Assembly: GCA_003345595.1 (NCBI GenBank)
Contig: PRDI01000047.1
Location: 1-17,926, forward strand
Direction of reading: 5' to 3'
DNA from: Candidatus Thorarchaeota archaeon
GTDB lineage: Archaea; Asgardarchaeota; Thorarchaeia; Thorarchaeales; Thorarchaeaceae
DNA: 17,926 nt
Position 1 is the stretch's first letter. Each line of letters begins with the position of its first letter. The notes under the pieces were generated by a model. That model worked only from the letters and a program-made list of their open reading frames with translations, did not search any database and was not told where the DNA came from. Position numbers and translations under genes: made by a program. Shown here piece after piece: positions 16,305 through 17,926 of this stretch.

Positions 16305-17582
16305 ATGAAGCTTGAGATCGTGGATGGAGGCGATCTCAAAGGTTATGCAAATCTGAACCCGAAGACTGCCGATACACTAAAGGCAGAGATGGGTTCTATT
16401 GTTCTATTTGAGGATCCTCAGAGCAGTTTCTGGGGGGCAGCTGAAGTCCGCAAGAGCGCAGAGGTCCTGCAGGACAAGATAGTAGTTGACAGCCTTGTAC
16501 TAGAGGCTTCCCTGCTAATGGAGGGCGACATGGTCGAGGTAACGCTCTATGATCAACCGATGATCGCGCTTGAGTATGTAGAGTTCGGTCTGAAGCCCTT
16601 GGCCGAGGGAGCAAACACAGAAGACCTGGTCCCAAGAGCAGCAGAGAAGGTTCACCTTCTGGAGAAGATGATTGGCGGCCGCCTCGTATATCCGGGCATG
16701 TCTTTCAACTGGCCTGAACTTGAAGTGAAAGTCGAGATAATGAATACGCGCCCTGCGCTCACTGGCAAGAGCTTTGCGAAGCTTGCCTTTGAGGCACTAA
16801 GGGACAAGACTGGTTACCAGTTTAAGACGGTGGGAATATCCACTCCTTTCAATGCAATCTTATGTATTGACACAAGTGGGTCGATGAAGACTAATGATGT
16901 GCCAGTCAAGGATGTGGCGCATGCACGAGAGGGTCTCAAAGACCTTGCGGGTGACAACCCTGATGTTCAGGCCTTTCTCGACAGGTTCGAAGAGGGATCC
17001 AATGTGAGCCGGGGTGAAGCAGCTGCTATGGCCGTGCTGCTCTACCTAGCAGAGAAGGTCGGCCGTGGATACGGGGAGAAGGTTGCTGTGATCACTTTCG
17101 AGAAGGAAGTGAGCGAGATGACTTTCATGGATCCCGAGTCTGGAGATGTGAGACCCTATGTGGAATGCACGGGCAAGGACAAGGCCTTGGGCCTCCAGAT
17201 AATAAGCACACATGTCATCGACAAGGTGGAAGAGGGTGGCACTCTGACTGACATGGGTTCAGCCCTCATCAAAGCAAGCGAAACACTGGATGCCTTTGGA
17301 GACCCCAAGAAGCCCACAATGCTGATTCTTCTCACTGATGGGATGACGACGTCCGGACCTCCTCCTCTCAAGGTCCTGAAGGAGAAGTTCCCGGATAGGA
17401 GAAGACTTGTGATGTACTGTATCGGTCTCGGCGAGCGCAGTGAAATCGATGAGGAACTCATGCTTGCCATGGCACAGTACGGCAACGGCACGTACCGCCA
17501 CGTTGACAATATGCGGGATCTGCTTGAGTGGTACGGCCGGCTTGCAAGTGAGTTTGCTGTGGTTATACGGGGAGCACAGTGA
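16305..17582 (+). CDS. CDC48-N-like domain + vWA-domain protein (intact MIDAS)
   Basis: N-terminal KGYANLNPKTADTL...KIVVDSLVLEASLLMEGDMVEV (double-psi barrel-like). vWA motifs ILCIDTSGSM, VAVITF, TLTDMGSAL, LILLTDG, YCIGLG, GNGTYRHV. Confidence 0.85.
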   Translation: MKLEIVDGGDLKGYANLNPKTADTLKAEMGSIVLFEDPQSSFWGAAEVRKSAEVLQDKIVVDSLVLEASLLMEGDMVEVTLYDQPMIALEYVEFGLKPLAEGANTEDLVPRAAEKVHLLEKMIGGRLVYPGMSFNWPELEVKVEIMNTRPALTGKSFAKLAFEALRDKTGYQFKTVGISTPFNAILCIDTSGSMKTNDVPVKDVAHAREGLKDLAGDNPDVQAFLDRFEEGSNVSRGEAAAMAVLLYLAEKVGRGYGEKVAVITFEKEVSEMTFMDPESGDVRPYVECTGKDKALGLQIISTHVIDKVEEGGTLTDMGSALIKASETLDAFGDPKKPTMLILLTDGMTTSGPPPLKVLKEKFPDRRRLVMYCIGLGERSEIDEELMLAMAQYGNGTYRHVDNMRDLLEWYGRLASEFAVVIRGAQ

Positions 17583-17585
17583 AAG

Positions 17586-17924
17586 CTACTCCCGTGGCTT
17601 CAGTGCGTCTATCAGTCCTTTGAGCGTTTCCAAGTCCATCTCACGAATCTGTTCAGCAGGAAGACCCTGAATCATCTCGGTTGGAACCATCACCAGCAGA
17701 TCAGCCTTTGCCTGACCATACTGTGTGGAGTATTCCTCCCAACGTGGATCAGACCTTCCAGTCTTGACTTCTGGCGCAGCAGCCCGACCCGATGATGGTC
17801 TCTTTGCGGTAGCCTTCGGAGGCATCTCTTCTCCTGCCTCGGGTTCTGCTTCATGCTCCTCGGCGGAGGCACCGACTAGAGCTTCCAGTTCATCAGTACT
17901 CAAACTATCAAGTATCTCTGGCGT
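17586..17924 (-). CDS. C-terminal part of a hypothetical protein; the gene runs off the window edge
   Basis: The frame stays open to the window end (..TPEILDSLSTDELEAL..). Acidic/Ala/Pro-rich linker followed by a short helical domain. Convergent with the vWA gene. Confidence 0.65.
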   Translation of the reverse strand, partial: TPEILDSLSTDELEALVGASAEEHEAEPEAGEEMPPKATAKRPSSGRAAAPEVKTGRSDPRWEEYSTQYGQAKADLLVMVPTEMIQGLPAEQIREMDLETLKGLIDALKPRE

Positions 17925-17926
17925 GA

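Noticed and set aside
803-17582. A complete archaeal arginine-sensing GATOR/CASTOR pathway (longin-wHTH + Lrp ligand domain + ArcE + CDC48N-vWA)
   Set aside because: The genes are dispersed, on different strands and interleaved with unrelated genes, and there is no small GTPase in the window. Too speculative as a single system.
1-17926. tRNA, rRNA, CRISPR array, transposase or integrase
   Set aside because: None recognised. Intergenic gaps are short, and I saw no spaced repeats or cloverleaf motifs by eye.

Overview
Gene-dense archaeal window. Archaeal TATA boxes, short or absent leaders, a longin-domain protein and an E2F-like winged helix point to an Asgard archaeon, possibly Thorarchaeia; this taxonomy is an inference. 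It holds about 19 CDS; I saw no rRNA, tRNA, CRISPR array or mobile element. The left half encodes a 7-TM protein, a longin+winged-helix protein, a COG2517 tRNA-binding protein, a MazG-like pyrophosphatase, a stand-alone Lrp/AsnC ligand-binding domain, a PaaK-like adenylate-forming enzyme, two membrane proteins and a COG2403 ArcE/CpgS-family ligase. Highlights: (1) an E2F/DP-like transcription factor (KRRVYDI winged helix + coiled coil + possible marked-box-like region) at 8505-9056; (2) an ~8 kb cluster (9570-17582) with three vWA domains and three CDC48-N-like domains, in which the large minus-strand gene looks like a catalytically dead fusion of paralogues of the two genes transcribed divergently from it (an amidohydrolase and a CDC48N-vWA protein); (3) domain architectures recalling the eukaryotic GATOR1 subunits DEPDC5/Iml1 (CDC48N+vWA) and NPRL2 (longin+wHTH). 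All family assignments come from reading motifs by eye; no searches were run.
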